A stretch of 64,000 bases of DNA from a virus. Lineage: Duplodnaviria > Caudoviricetes. Within the stretch, counting starts at the first letter, position 1. Each line of letters starts with the position of its first letter. Below the pieces are notes generated by a model. It had not been told where the DNA came from, did not search any database, and saw only the letters and a program-made list of their open reading frames with translations. Shown in pieces: positions 17,507-27,341 of the stretch. Position numbers and translations under genes: made by a program. The DNA is taken from positions 1 to 64,000 of IMG/VR virus record IMGVR_UViG_3300009129_001428, one strand, 5' to 3'.

Positions 17507-17814
17507 TCATATTTGAAGTGGGATTGCTCGTACTCTGGCCCTCTCACCCAGCAGTTAGCTCCATAATCCCACTCTCTTGTGTCTTGAATTTTACAAGAAA
17601 AATGCAACCATAGAAGTGAAAACTCAAAACCTAAACCTGCGTGGTCTTGTTTGCGAGTCCATTCAAGAGATAAATTAATCCATGAAAAAAACTCCTGTGA
17701 ATAAGAAACGTCTACTACTAAGCTTTTATTCTTTATTAAGAATAAATTGAAGCCCCCGCCTATAAAGTGTTTGGATGTATTCCACCACTTAACTAATCTA
17801 TTCTTCTTCTGCAT
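17497..17814 (-). CDS. Hypothetical protein
   Basis: 105 aa aromatic-rich ORF. Confidence 0.6.
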   Translation of the reverse strand: MQKKNRLVKWWNTSKHFIGGGFNLFLIKNKSLVVDVSYSQEFFSWINLSLEWTRKQDHAGLGFEFSLLWLHFSCKIQDTREWDYGANCWVRGPEYEQSHFKYEWF

Positions 17815-18037
17815 ACTGCCTTACCCTCTTTTCTATTTGTTCCTTTATTTCTTGCTCGTCCAACCTTCCCTCTGCGATTGTCCATACCCAATACAAAACA
17901 TCCGCTACTTCCTGTGTAATGCGCTTTTGTAATTTTTTGTTTGGATTGCAGACCTGATGTATTAATAGCGCAGAAAGTTCACTTAATTCTTCTGTACATT
18001 TAATAAAATTAAATATGTCTTGCTCACTTAATTTCAT
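17798..18037 (-). CDS. MazG-like nucleotide pyrophosphohydrolase
   Basis: KCTEELSEL...QEVADVLYW (ExxE...ExxD metal motif); start refined to MKLSEQ. Confidence 0.7.
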   Translation of the reverse strand: MKLSEQDIFNFIKCTEELSELSALLIHQVCNPNKKLQKRITQEVADVLYWVWTIAEGRLDEQEIKEQIEKRVRQYAEEE

Positions 18038-18199
18038 TGCGCTTGCTTTCTTTAAGGTAATCCATAATGAACTTATTTGCTTCGTCAAACGCTTCGGGGT
18101 GATATTTCCTGCACCATTCTAAAACCCATTTATCTGTCCATATATTTATCAGACTTTCCTTGTCTATGTCAATTGTATAGTCTAAGGGAGGAACCTGCT

Positions 18200-18427
18200 T
18201 CATCCTTTAAGAATTTTTAGCTTAAAATTTACTTCTTTTAAAAGGTGATTAAATTTGTTGAACGCATCTAAATTATTGTCGATCATGAGACTCTCTGAGG
18301 TCTGCGCCATTTCTTGTTGAACCCAAGCGAGTTCGCATTCAAGCATATATTTAGTCTCCTCTAAAGCACTTTTGCTCATATCTTGAACATTTAACTCATC
18401 AAATTTTTTTGTATTAATCGTCGCCAT
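18200..18427 (-). CDS. Hypothetical protein
   Basis: 75 aa ORF. Confidence 0.55.
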   Translation of the reverse strand: MATINTKKFDELNVQDMSKSALEETKYMLECELAWVQQEMAQTSESLMIDNNLDAFNKFNHLLKEVNFKLKILKG

Positions 18428-18432
18428 AATAA

Positions 18433-18690
18433 TTAAAAATTAAACTTTGTTTGTCGTGGGTCATCTTCTTCTAGTTCTAGACCTTCTTCTAGAGTATCAG
18501 ATACTTCTTTATTTGTCAAGGGGTTTTTAAGAAAGTTTTTTTGAGCGATCCTAATAACGAATCTCATTAGAGCAAAGGCGTAGGTCTTATCAAGCTCTAT
18601 GCGGTTTCCCAGCGGTTGCTCCACAATTAAAGACTTAGCCTTTTCATCCCAAGTAAACCTTGCGTATTTTAACTCTTTAATTGTTTTCAT
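18433..18690 (-). CDS. Hypothetical protein
   Basis: ATGA coupling to the kinase stop. Confidence 0.6.
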   Translation of the reverse strand: MKTIKELKYARFTWDEKAKSLIVEQPLGNRIELDKTYAFALMRFVIRIAQKNFLKNPLTNKEVSDTLEEGLELEEDDPRQTKFNF

Positions 18691-19283
18691 AAAACAGCTT
18701 CCGTTAATTGTAATAAACTATTTAATTCGTCCCCCACAATCCACTCTAGGGTATCCTCGTCATCAAGCGTGGCCCAATTTAAGTTGGAATCTGCAAGCTT
18801 CAGCAAGATAGGGTCATGCTCCGCCTCTTCTCTATTCGCTGGCTCAATATATGCGCCTTTATTTACTCGGCTAATATGCAGGCACTTGCCTTTTAAGGTT
18901 TTCTGCACCCACTTAAGTTCATTCGGATACCTAATGTCTGTAATGATAGATAAAACATTATTATTTATATTTTCTTTAATAAGAATTTCTGCTTTATTTA
19001 TCCAACAGCCCTCATCAATTTTACGCATTAGCTTTGTCCCATAAGCCACAAGAAAGTCTCTGATTAAAGTTTTCTCTTCAAGTTTAGTAGTGAACGCACT
19101 AATTCCAACCTTATCTATTAAAAAGTCGTCTACATCTGCTTTAAGGGCATCGGCAAAACTTACCCGCATACATTTTATGTTTTGATCAGCAAAGAGCTTT
19201 ATCGCGTGTTTACAAAACGTATCCTTACCGCTTTGTGCCACCCCACATAAGCCAATTACTTTTATATCAGTATCTTTAATCAT
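18687..19283 (-). CDS. Deoxynucleoside monophosphate kinase
   Basis: P-loop VIGLCGVAQSGKDT, SFADALK, R..LVAYGT, WIN, ITDIRYPNE. Confidence 0.88.
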   Translation of the reverse strand: MIKDTDIKVIGLCGVAQSGKDTFCKHAIKLFADQNIKCMRVSFADALKADVDDFLIDKVGISAFTTKLEEKTLIRDFLVAYGTKLMRKIDEGCWINKAEILIKENINNNVLSIITDIRYPNELKWVQKTLKGKCLHISRVNKGAYIEPANREEAEHDPILLKLADSNLNWATLDDEDTLEWIVGDELNSLLQLTEAVL

Positions 19284-19298
19284 TTATCTTATTTAATA

Positions 19299-19481
19299 TT
19301 AATTATTATATTTTTGGGAAACTGGAGTAAAGCAGGAAATGTAACATAAAAAAGATACAAAAAAATGAATAATAAAGGTCGTGCTTCCCTCCGTTGCCAT
19401 AAAAATTGCTATAAATAAATTTGTCCAAAAAAATGTATAATTTAACTTGCCCCAAAAGGTTAGTCTCGACCAACTAATCAT
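19299..19481 (-). CDS. Small membrane protein
   Basis: Two hydrophobic segments. Confidence 0.55.
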   Translation of the reverse strand: MISWSRLTFWGKLNYTFFWTNLFIAIFMATEGSTTFIIHFFVSFLCYISCFTPVSQKYNN

Positions 19482-19815
19482 TTAATATACTATCGAAAAT
19501 ATTTGCATCAATAATTGATTGGCCCTCTTCTAGAAAACAATTCTGTTGAAAAACCAGTTCTATCTCCCCATATTTGGAGATAATCTCTTTCGACTTCTCA
19601 AAATCGTCGGCTAAGTGCGCTCTTTTAAACGTGCCCCAAACCCTAGTCGTATCTTTTTCGTACATAGTGCGATAAGGATATACAGAGAATATTGACCTCC
19701 CTTTTTCTACAATATTAAATTGATTGGAATTTATGCTTGCTATGTGGATCTCAACCCACATGGCTCCTGTAAATTCTTCTTGGGAGCATTTAATTATTTT
19801 TAATCCTACGTTCAA
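19474..19815 (-). CDS. Hypothetical protein
   Basis: 113 aa ORF; start uncertain. Confidence 0.55.
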   Translation of the reverse strand: MNVGLKIIKCSQEEFTGAMWVEIHIASINSNQFNIVEKGRSIFSVYPYRTMYEKDTTRVWGTFKRAHLADDFEKSKEIISKYGEIELVFQQNCFLEEGQSIIDANIFDSILND

Positions 19816-19977
19816 CTTTATTTATGTTTGTTTTGTAGCCCCTGTAGGTAAATAATCTTACGGAGATAAGAAAACCAATAAATAGGAATTGATAAACTAA
19901 ACCCTACCGCCAATATCATTAGTATTGAGCCGAGCCAAGTCCAAAAACTACTAAATACTATTTCCAGCATCTCAACC

Positions 19978-20202
19978 CTATAGCTTGGTGATTGAGACTA
20001 CCCTGTCGTGCCGAAAGTTACGCACTTGTTCTCTGGCAAAACAAAAAGCCTTGAATCCAACATTGTTGCGATGTTCTGCTTTATTTGAGATAGAATCCTT
20101 TAGGGATGGCCGTGTAATTTCGTAGCTTTTAACCTTGCCGTCTTCCTTGCGGTAGACCAAAAGGTAGCGTGACTTGAATTTATTAAGTAATTTATTAATC
20201 AT
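19978..20202 (-). CDS. Stand-alone WYL-like (Sm-fold) domain protein
   Basis: VYRKEDG...ITRP...AFCFAREQVRNFRHDRVVSI; leaderless ATG at 20202. Confidence 0.65.
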   Translation of the reverse strand: MINKLLNKFKSRYLLVYRKEDGKVKSYEITRPSLKDSISNKAEHRNNVGFKAFCFAREQVRNFRHDRVVSITKL

Positions 20203-20208
20203 GCAATG

Positions 20209-20237
20209 ATGATACCAGAAAAACATTTATATGTCAA
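20209..20237 (-). promoter_or_regulatory. Sigma70-type extended -10 promoter, leaderless
   Basis: TTGACA-17-(TGG)TATCAT, then 6 nt to ATG. Confidence 0.75.
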
Positions 20238-20678
20238 TCAATTTCTCCAAACCCTACGAGGCATTTCATCGGTTGTGCTCCCAAAGCCTCCCTCGTCACG
20301 CTCCGACGCATCTAATTCAGCGACTTCCTCTATATCTACCGAAGGTAATTTTAAAATTACTAATTGCGCTACCTTATCTCCCACTTTATATGAATTATTT
20401 TTAGTCCAGCTAAACCTAGCCTTAATCTCTCCCCTATAGCCACTATCTATAATCCCCACGGAATTTACAAGCATATGCCCTGTGTTCGATATGCTAGAGC
20501 GAGGAAAAAGAAAGCCTGCGTAGCCTTCGGGTATCTCCACCGCCAAACTCGTCCCATATTCTACATAATGACCATTATTTTGTTTAGATGTCGCTACCAA
20601 ATCCAGCCCCGCGTCTCCATATTTGGCATAAAAAGGACAAACCGCATCCTCGCTGAGTTTTTTAATCTTTAATTTCAT
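20238..20678 (-). CDS. dut: Trimeric dUTPase
   Basis: GDAGLDL, PRSS, GIIDSGYRGEI, GDKVAQLV, RDEGGFGST. Confidence 0.96.
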   Translation of the reverse strand: MKLKIKKLSEDAVCPFYAKYGDAGLDLVATSKQNNGHYVEYGTSLAVEIPEGYAGFLFPRSSISNTGHMLVNSVGIIDSGYRGEIKARFSWTKNNSYKVGDKVAQLVILKLPSVDIEEVAELDASERDEGGFGSTTDEMPRRVWRN

Positions 20679-20717
20679 AATAAACTTAATCTTTTAGCCC
20701 CGCAAAGCTAGCGTTCT

Positions 20718-21761
20718 TTAATTTTCAAGCATCTCTTTTAGAATATCTTCTATTGTGTACATGTATTTCCACCGAGGAAAGTCGTTTTTGAATTTTGATA
20801 CATCACTTATGTACCAAATATGATCCCCTTTTCTTTTTTGATCGCTAATTGAGTAATTCACTTTAATATTTAAATAGTTTTCTATATATTTAATTGCCTC
20901 TAGCATTGAGATACAAGAGTGCCTTGATCCACCTATGTTATAAACTTCTCCTTGTTTCGGGTTTTGATGAAAGTGCCAAAATGCATTGACTAAATCAAAA
21001 GAGTGAATATTGTCTCTAACCTGCTTTCCTTTGTGTCCAAAGATTGTATAGGGAATGCTTTGCTTCGCGGCTTTAATTAAATACGAAAGAAATCCATGCA
21101 GTTCTGCCCCTGAATGTTGTTTTCCTGTTAGGCACCCACCTCTAAAGCAGGCAGTATTTAAATTAAAATATTTCCCATACTCTTGAACCAAGATGTCTGC
21201 AGCAAGCTTATTTGCGCCAAAAATACTATGCATACTGGCATCTATCGACATGGACTCATCTATACCCTCTTTAAATTGATGCCCCTCTTCTATTTCCCAT
21301 CTTAATTCTTTCTCTATAAGGGGAAGGCGATTTGGATTGTCTCCGTAAACTTTGTTGGTGCTTGTGAATATAAAAGTCGCTTCAGGACAATGTTCTCGCA
21401 TGCACTCCAACAAATAAAGGGTCGCAGTGCTATTGATGGAGTAGTCTGTAAACGGCTCTTTTGCCGCCCAATCATGGGAAGGTTGCGCGGCAGTATGAAT
21501 AATTAAGTCAAAAGTATGACGCTTAAAGATTTTTTTAAGTTTTTTAATATTCCTAATGTCTGCCGAATAATGCACATAGTCTATATGTTTATTGTTTCTT
21601 AAAGCATTACATGTTTTTTTTGTTGTTGCGCTTTTGCCAAAAAAATAAGAACGCATATCGTTGTCTATACCTATTATTTTATACCCCCGCTTTCCGAAAA
21701 ACGCACAGCTTTCCGATCCAATCAAGCCTCCCGAGCCCGTCACTAAAACCGTTGGGGTCAT
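20718..21761 (-). CDS. NAD-dependent NDP-sugar epimerase (CDP-paratose 2-epimerase-like)
   Basis: [47 protein letters not shown]. Confidence 0.9.
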   Translation of the reverse strand: MTPTVLVTGSGGLIGSESCAFFGKRGYKIIGIDNDMRSYFFGKSATTKKTCNALRNNKHIDYVHYSADIRNIKKLKKIFKRHTFDLIIHTAAQPSHDWAAKEPFTDYSINSTATLYLLECMREHCPEATFIFTSTNKVYGDNPNRLPLIEKELRWEIEEGHQFKEGIDESMSIDASMHSIFGANKLAADILVQEYGKYFNLNTACFRGGCLTGKQHSGAELHGFLSYLIKAAKQSIPYTIFGHKGKQVRDNIHSFDLVNAFWHFHQNPKQGEVYNIGGSRHSCISMLEAIKYIENYLNIKVNYSISDQKRKGDHIWYISDVSKFKNDFPRWKYMYTIEDILKEMLEN

Positions 21762-21765
21762 AAGA

Positions 21766-21996
21766 TCAAGTCTCTATATCTCTACGATACGGGGGCAACT
21801 CATTAATAGACTTGAGTCTTAATTCTTCTAATTCAGTTTGTAGTCTGATTATTTGAAACAAAGAAACTTGACCACTTAATAGCTCGTTTATAGCCTTGTC
21901 TTGTTCATGCATTCTAATAAAAGTCATAACTTGAGATATTACTAAAGCTAACAAAACCAATATTACTGCTGAATTTTCTGTTAGTCTATTTGCCAT
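21766..21996 (-). CDS. Single-pass membrane protein
   Basis: [17 protein letters not shown]; start refined to MANRL. Confidence 0.55.
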   Translation of the reverse strand: MANRLTENSAVILVLLALVISQVMTFIRMHEQDKAINELLSGQVSLFQIIRLQTELEELRLKSINELPPYRRDIET

Positions 21997-22423
21997 TAAT
22001 TCTTTTGCATTTTTCCTCCCATTTAATGAAGGCATCATCGTCAATAGGGAGACACTGCTGTCGTTGCGAGTCGCCCGCTTTTATTCTTACTGAATCACTT
22101 TCTTCGTCAAAGGTGCTAATTTCTAAAATAGTAGAAGTTTCTAACCCCTTGAAGGAGTGAGCAAGAAAACGAGGCACATCAATAGACTCTCCTTTACTTA
22201 GAATCACCACCTTCTCTTCTAGGTCAAAAAATAACGTGAGCTCGACCCTCCCCTTTAAAATATAAAAGGTCTCCTGCTTATTAATGTGAAAATGGAGACT
22301 ACATTGACCTCCCTCCTTTAGTTCTAAAAGTTTTCCGCAATAATCTTGATCGTTGTGAATATGAACTTCACGGCCCCAGCCTTTTGGGCTTAACTTATGT
22401 GAATTTTTAATAGGAAACTTCAT
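21986..22423 (-). CDS. Cupin-domain protein (sugar isomerase-like)
   Basis: KGWGRE...YCGKLL...CSLHFH..KQETFYILKG...H. Confidence 0.85.
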   Translation of the reverse strand: MKFPIKNSHKLSPKGWGREVHIHNDQDYCGKLLELKEGGQCSLHFHINKQETFYILKGRVELTLFFDLEEKVVILSKGESIDVPRFLAHSFKGLETSTILEISTFDEESDSVRIKAGDSQRQQCLPIDDDAFIKWEEKCKRINGK

Positions 22424-22433
22424 GTAATATATC

Positions 22434-23000
22434 TTATGTATATTTCGACCAAATTTCTATGCCATTTACTTGCTTTACCATGTCTTCATATGAGACTTGC
22501 GTCAAAAGATCATCTCTCTCCCAGCGGGTATAATATTTGTACCTTGCATCTCTGGCATTTTTAGCTTTGCATTTTATAGTCATCTCTCCGCCGTTGCGCT
22601 CGGCAATAGCTTTTTTTGACCAATTAAAAAGATTTTCTCGTGGAACTACTACAAATTCATTGGCCCTTTCAAACGCTATGTGAGTAGACTCGCCAGTTAG
22701 CCATCCGTTTTTGCCTTGGACATTGCGGAACTCTAGCCAAATCCAGTCATCATTAAACTTCTTATCCTTTCTGCTGGTTCGCTTGCGAGCCTTAACGTCC
22801 ACCTTTAATGTTAGTTGATCGGGTTCTCCCTTAATGGGCTTTTTTAATATAAAATCAATGTGGGAGAACATATTTGCCTTGCGTGTGGCTGGGGTCACCT
22901 CAAAGGATTTTTCTTCTGCTAATTGCACAAAAGATTTTTCTGCGTTATGCCCCTCTACGGAACACTTACCGCCTCTATCATATTTATTTACGTATGCCAT
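22434..23000 (-). CDS. PD-(D/E)XK-fold nuclease-like protein
   Basis: GHNAE...HIDF...VDVKARK...WLEFRNVQGKNGWL. Confidence 0.65.
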   Translation of the reverse strand: MAYVNKYDRGGKCSVEGHNAEKSFVQLAEEKSFEVTPATRKANMFSHIDFILKKPIKGEPDQLTLKVDVKARKRTSRKDKKFNDDWIWLEFRNVQGKNGWLTGESTHIAFERANEFVVVPRENLFNWSKKAIAERNGGEMTIKCKAKNARDARYKYYTRWERDDLLTQVSYEDMVKQVNGIEIWSKYT

Positions 23001-23203
23001 AATTAATTTTTAAAAATTTTACAGATAATAACTATTTGTAGAACAACTGTCATTGCTCCAAATACAGTTCTAATGAACTCCATTTTATGATTATGCCTAT
23101 CGAACCAGCGTTCTAATTTCCACCACGTTGGCTGTTTCTTTTGTTCCATCCCTTTTCTTTATCGGTTATTCTTTTAGGCCCATACATCACGAGCTTCTTT
23201 AAT

Positions 23204-23437
23204 TTATTCTTCCATTTCTGGCTTTTTTTCATATGTTATATCCCCCATTTCTATTGCTTTTGAATAATATCCTAGTTTAAAATGATAGCGTTGTATAAAG
23301 AGTACGAAGGCCAGTATGGCGTAAGCTTCCCAACTTGTGAGCCCGAATTTGGTCCACAATATGAATCCTATAAGAGTGAGCGGGGCGAACTTATTGAGAA
23401 TATGGTCTACCGCCGCTTGAAAAAAAGTCATTTGCAT
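23204..23437 (-). CDS. Small membrane protein
   Basis: Two hydrophobic segments. Confidence 0.55.
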   Translation of the reverse strand: MQMTFFQAAVDHILNKFAPLTLIGFILWTKFGLTSWEAYAILAFVLFIQRYHFKLGYYSKAIEMGDITYEKKPEMEE

Positions 23438-23537
23438 TTCTTGTAATTTTTAATTTGCTTTAATACCTCTGGGAGTAGAGGCTTGAATTCTGTCTTTGGA
23501 AAGTTAAAAAGGGATTTGAATTTTTTGATCATGACTA

Positions 23538-23566
23538 ATGATACTACATATATTTGATTTAGTCAA
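23538..23566 (-). promoter_or_regulatory. Sigma70-type promoter, leaderless
   Basis: TTGACT-17-TATCAT, then 5 nt to the ATG at 23532 (small ORF MIKKIQ). Confidence 0.65.
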
Positions 23567-23569
23567 TAA

Positions 23570-23594
23570 AAAAGGGCCCAAAATGGGCCCTTTT
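23570..23594 (-). terminator. Rho-independent terminator after the beta-barrel gene
   Basis: AAAAGGGCCCA-TTT-TGGGCCCTTTT followed by a U-tract; symmetric. Confidence 0.85.
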
Positions 23595-23618
23595 ATTTAT
23601 TATAATAAGTATTTGAGA

Positions 23619-24299
23619 TTAAAACGTATGCCTTAGCCCTCCAAATACCGAAACTACTTCATCGACATTAGCAACGTCTTTAAGATCAGTTAAGTCTACG
23701 CCTACAAAAAGCAAGGTCTTATCATTAATTGCCTTAGTTAGTAATGCGTCTGCGCCGTAATACGTAACCCTTTCGTCTTGGTATTCAGTATTCCCTGCGC
23801 TTGCCGCCAAGCCCAAGCCGTAACCTTCCCAGACTTCTAATTGCTTGCTTAACGAAGCCTCTACAGTCGTAATTGACTCGTCAGGATTATAATAGACTCT
23901 AGCCGTGGCGTCTAAAATAATCTCCGCCCCAAGTTCAACGTAGAATTCTGTGTCATTTCCCAATACATGATTATCTGTATAGTTAACGACCCCTACGGAA
24001 GTCGTGACTCCATCAATAAGCTCCAGGCCCGTACTCGCCCCCAATTGGACCTCATCTGCGCCATCTTTTGTATTGACTGCTCCATCGACCCCCACTTGAA
24101 AACCTGCTAGTGAAAGCGTTGTCCCAAAGGAAGTTTGAATGCTTGGCTGATCTGCCGATACCCCCCGAAAGCCCAACTCTGAGTTGTAGGCTGCAGAGAA
24201 ATTTCCATGCAATTCAGCCGCGTTAATCTTGTTATATGCCAGAAACCCAACAAGGGCAACTGCAACTACGATTCCGATTTTTACGAATTTATTTTTCAT
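23619..24299 (-). CDS. Putative outer-membrane beta-barrel protein (TIGR02001/TorF-like)
   Basis: Signal peptide, SELGFRGVS..PSIQ motif, alternating amphipathic strands, terminal aromatic (GGLRHTF). Confidence 0.7.
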   Translation of the reverse strand: MKNKFVKIGIVVAVALVGFLAYNKINAAELHGNFSAAYNSELGFRGVSADQPSIQTSFGTTLSLAGFQVGVDGAVNTKDGADEVQLGASTGLELIDGVTTSVGVVNYTDNHVLGNDTEFYVELGAEIILDATARVYYNPDESITTVEASLSKQLEVWEGYGLGLAASAGNTEYQDERVTYYGADALLTKAINDKTLLFVGVDLTDLKDVANVDEVVSVFGGLRHTF

Positions 24300-24319
24300 A
24301 ATAATTATTTAAAGGCACA

Positions 24320-24347
24320 ATGATACACAAGTATCAAGAAATGTCAA
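24320..24347 (-). promoter_or_regulatory. Sigma70-type promoter for the beta-barrel gene
   Basis: TTGACA-16-TATCAT. Confidence 0.65.
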
Positions 24348-24529
24348 GATTTTTCTGAAGTCAGTTGCTCTTCAATGTCCTGAATCCTTTTTAATAAAAA
24401 GTCTAACCGAGACCTTACCTTTTTGTGGGTATCTCTAAGCTCACGAGTTAATACTACTACCTCTTCCTCGAGTTTAAGTAGCTTATCTTTACAATCCCCG
24501 CAGGATTTATCTTCGTCGCAACAGCTCAT
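24344..24529 (-). CDS. Small coiled-coil protein with Cys-rich start
   Basis: MSCCDEDKSCGDC; ATGA coupling. Confidence 0.55.
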   Translation of the reverse strand: MSCCDEDKSCGDCKDKLLKLEEEVVVLTRELRDTHKKVRSRLDFLLKRIQDIEEQLTSEKS

Positions 24530-25437
24530 TTGTTATTTAATTGTTTCTCTAACCTCTCAATCTTTTTTCTCAAAAGTAAAAGCTCGGTATTTATATAATA
24601 AGAAGTGCCAAATCCCTTTTCAATATTTTGCACCGCAGCTCTCTCTATGACCTTTTTCGGCGCAGGCGGCTCAAGACTTAGTTTGTTTTTAGATATGTCT
24701 TTAAAAACGATTTCATTTAATTCTCTTTGGGCATTGCCGTATTGCCTGTGATATGTGATGCATTGTAGAATATTAGATGGATCATGCTTGTATTTCTTAT
24801 AACTTTCTGGATAAAATAAATGTGGGTAGGACACTTGTGTGATCTTTAGTTGATTGCCTAGCCATCCGAGCTTTGTGTCTGCTCCTGCGGCAGTAGGATA
24901 ATCCTTCGCGTGCTTGGGGGGTATTTGGCGAGGCAGGCACAGCCATTCAAACCAATCCTCCTCTTTAGCCCTTTTTATCATTTTTTTTGCTACGTGCATT
25001 GGCATAAGTGTGCCTCCGCCTCCCGATAAGTATTTTATCTGTCCGCCATTATAGGGATAATTGCCTGTCATATCCTTGCCGTACATCTTATCATCCGTGA
25101 CCTCCAGCATTTTAGTAAAAGCAATTAAGTTGACCGTGTTGACAAATGTATCATCATCTCCAATAAAAAGCCAAGGACAGTCGTTAGCGTTTGCGACGAC
25201 ATGCTCAAGGCCCCTAAAGATCTTTGGCGGGCAACTATGGCAGTCACTATGATCTGTAGTGAATATAAAATCTCCCGTTACACCCACAGCGCGATTGAGG
25301 TCTTTGTCTAGCGGTGCGTCACAGCTGATAAAGTAATTGTTGAAATTGGCTAGCCACGTCTCTCTCACGGCTTTTATTCGAGAATCCCTAAACCTCGACC
25401 CGCCTAAAATTAATACACAAATATCATCTATTTTCAT
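24526..25437 (-). CDS. Glycosyltransferase, GT31/Fringe-like
   Basis: AVRETW, WLFIGDDDTFVN, YLSGGGG, D..LG, ITYH; start refined to MKIDD (25437). Confidence 0.8.
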   Translation of the reverse strand: MKIDDICVLILGGSRFRDSRIKAVRETWLANFNNYFISCDAPLDKDLNRAVGVTGDFIFTTDHSDCHSCPPKIFRGLEHVVANANDCPWLFIGDDDTFVNTVNLIAFTKMLEVTDDKMYGKDMTGNYPYNGGQIKYLSGGGGTLMPMHVAKKMIKRAKEEDWFEWLCLPRQIPPKHAKDYPTAAGADTKLGWLGNQLKITQVSYPHLFYPESYKKYKHDPSNILQCITYHRQYGNAQRELNEIVFKDISKNKLSLEPPAPKKVIERAAVQNIEKGFGTSYYINTELLLLRKKIERLEKQLNNK

Positions 25438-26305
25438 AAAGCATTTCTCGTCCATTTGATGCGCAGCCAAAAGAATATTCGTCGCATTGAAATGAGTCCC
25501 CGACTGATTCTCTGTCTTTATATTTGCCTCCTGCGAAGGCGAATTTACTAAAAAACTTTTCTGTATGCCAGCAATGTATTGTATAATAATCCCTGGCGTC
25601 ATTTTGAGAGGTGGAGTAATAATCAAATTTATCCGTCTTTTTTATGTTAAGCTGGCTAGAATTAATCGCAACATGACCCGCGTATAACAATATCACTCCA
25701 GCGTACCATTGCGGCCACTTCCCTTCGTGTTTTTCAAACTCATTCTGCAAAAAATAGCCAACATAATCTAGGGTTCTTGCCCCTTGCCGAATCATGTTCT
25801 CGGTAGTAGAAAACCAAGTGGAACCTATATTGGCTATGTTTTGGTCGGGAAGCCCGAGCTTATTTATAATTACGGGCAACTTCTTGCGGGCCGTTTCGCT
25901 GGCGTATGCTGCAGTTCCTGTAATAATATCTTTTTCTCCAACATTTGCATTTAAAATGCCATTACATAAAAAGGTGTCCACGTCCAGCCTTAGGCAATAT
26001 TTATAATTTAATAATATATCTATACATTCGCCGTCCACAAAAGGAGCAAATGAATCTGCGTAACCATAAGAATTGCCAGAATAAACGTATTTAAAGTGAG
26101 TTAACTGCGATATCTCTGGCAACTCCACAAAAATACAATGCTCTTTGGGGATGGACTTTTTAATAGACGAGGGGCCACAAACTAAAAAGTCAAACTTTTT
26201 ATAAAGCTCAGTTTTAAAGACTGCGCTATAGTACAGGCCGTAAAACTGCTCAAGGAAATTCCCTTTGTCGGGGATATAGACCACTATTACTGAATCTTTA
26301 CTCAC
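25424..26305 (-). CDS. Putative glycosyltransferase-like protein (DxD)
   Basis: CLRLDVDTFL, WPQWYAGVILLYAGHVAIN, HCWH; sits between two glycosyltransferases. Confidence 0.5.
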   Translation of the reverse strand: MSKDSVIVVYIPDKGNFLEQFYGLYYSAVFKTELYKKFDFLVCGPSSIKKSIPKEHCIFVELPEISQLTHFKYVYSGNSYGYADSFAPFVDGECIDILLNYKYCLRLDVDTFLCNGILNANVGEKDIITGTAAYASETARKKLPVIINKLGLPDQNIANIGSTWFSTTENMIRQGARTLDYVGYFLQNEFEKHEGKWPQWYAGVILLYAGHVAINSSQLNIKKTDKFDYYSTSQNDARDYYTIHCWHTEKFFSKFAFAGGKYKDRESVGDSFQCDEYSFGCASNGREMLYENR

Positions 26306-26341
26306 AACAGATATTCAGTTTAAAAAAGAGTTATTCTAGTA

Positions 26342-26557
26342 TTAATCTTGTATTTCTTCTGTGCCTAAAATTTCCACTTCTATGCCAGCCTTTTTCATAA
26401 TAAATTCAAACTGGGTCAAAGCCGATTCCTCGGTAGGCGCACTAATAAATCTCTGTCTTTCGACTCGATCTCCAAGCTTGCGATAAGAAACGTCAAACTC
26501 TTTCATGCCCCACGGGCCATTGGATTTGTTTTGTAGTCTTTTATTTCTGTTTAACAT
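26342..26557 (-). CDS. Hypothetical protein
   Basis: Start refined using the AGTGTAA motif 8 nt upstream. Confidence 0.55.
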   Translation of the reverse strand: MLNRNKRLQNKSNGPWGMKEFDVSYRKLGDRVERQRFISAPTEESALTQFEFIMKKAGIEVEILGTEEIQD

Positions 26558-26573
26558 ATTCATAATTACACTT

Positions 26574-27341
26574 TTATTCAAAATTTCTTGATTTGCCTTT
26601 ATGCCCAGAGCCAACTACGCCTAAATGGATAACTGGTATATTTAGCCCAACCATTAAGTTCTGTTCTATAAAAAAATGTCTAAATTGACTATCTGAACCG
26701 CCCGCTGTTGGAAAACAGGGGTGAATTTGCCCTTGGTATTTTATGATTTTAGGATACGCCTCGTCCTTGACGTAAGTATCTATTAAGGCTTTATAGGTTT
26801 TATTGTCTAAATAAATTTCTCTTCCTAAAACCCCCTCAATGACTTTGGATTTCATGTTAAAAAACTGAAAGAATCCTACGCCAACTTCTTTGTCGTCATC
26901 ATTTACAAGTGAATTTATATTTAATGTAGTCGGATTAAAGGCTATCGCTTTGATAAAATCCATATATTGGGCGCGCCCCTCAATAATAATCCTTCTGCAC
27001 CCATATAAATTTTCTTTATCAAGATCTTTGTTTCTAAAAAAGTCTTTATGCGCAGGGAGAAGTAAGACATCGCAATCCGAGAATAGAACCCAATCATTGT
27101 GAGCTAGCTTGCTTACCCCTTCGTTCATTGCCCTCCCTTTGTCGAAGGGCGCATTATAGCGATAAAAAAGATCTGTCTCCACGCATTCGACTTCCTCCTC
27201 TCGGCAGATTTTTTGCGTCTCGTAATCAGTAGGGGTAGTAACAACAACTACATTGTCTACTTTTAGTTTGTTATGAGGGAGCGTTTCTTTTAAAAAAGAG
27301 GCCCTCCCTACGCAGGTAGTGATTAGTTCTACTTTGGCCAT
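26574..27341 (-). CDS. Glycosyltransferase family 2-like
   Basis: ITTCVGRASFL, FDKGRAMNEG, WVLFSDCD, AGGSD, VIHLG. Confidence 0.8.
   Translation of the reverse strand: MAKVELITTCVGRASFLKETLPHNKLKVDNVVVVTTPTDYETQKICREEEVECVETDLFYRYNAPFDKGRAMNEGVSKLAHNDWVLFSDCDVLLLPAHKDFFRNKDLDKENLYGCRRIIIEGRAQYMDFIKAIAFNPTTLNINSLVNDDDKEVGVGFFQFFNMKSKVIEGVLGREIYLDNKTYKALIDTYVKDEAYPKIIKYQGQIHPCFPTAGGSDSQFRHFFIEQNLMVGLNIPVIHLGVVGSGHKGKSRNFE

Noticed and set aside
18140-18175. TTGACA near 18170 as a promoter
   Set aside because: It lies inside a short unlisted ORF (MKQVPPLDY..., about 18026-18202) and has no well-spaced -10.
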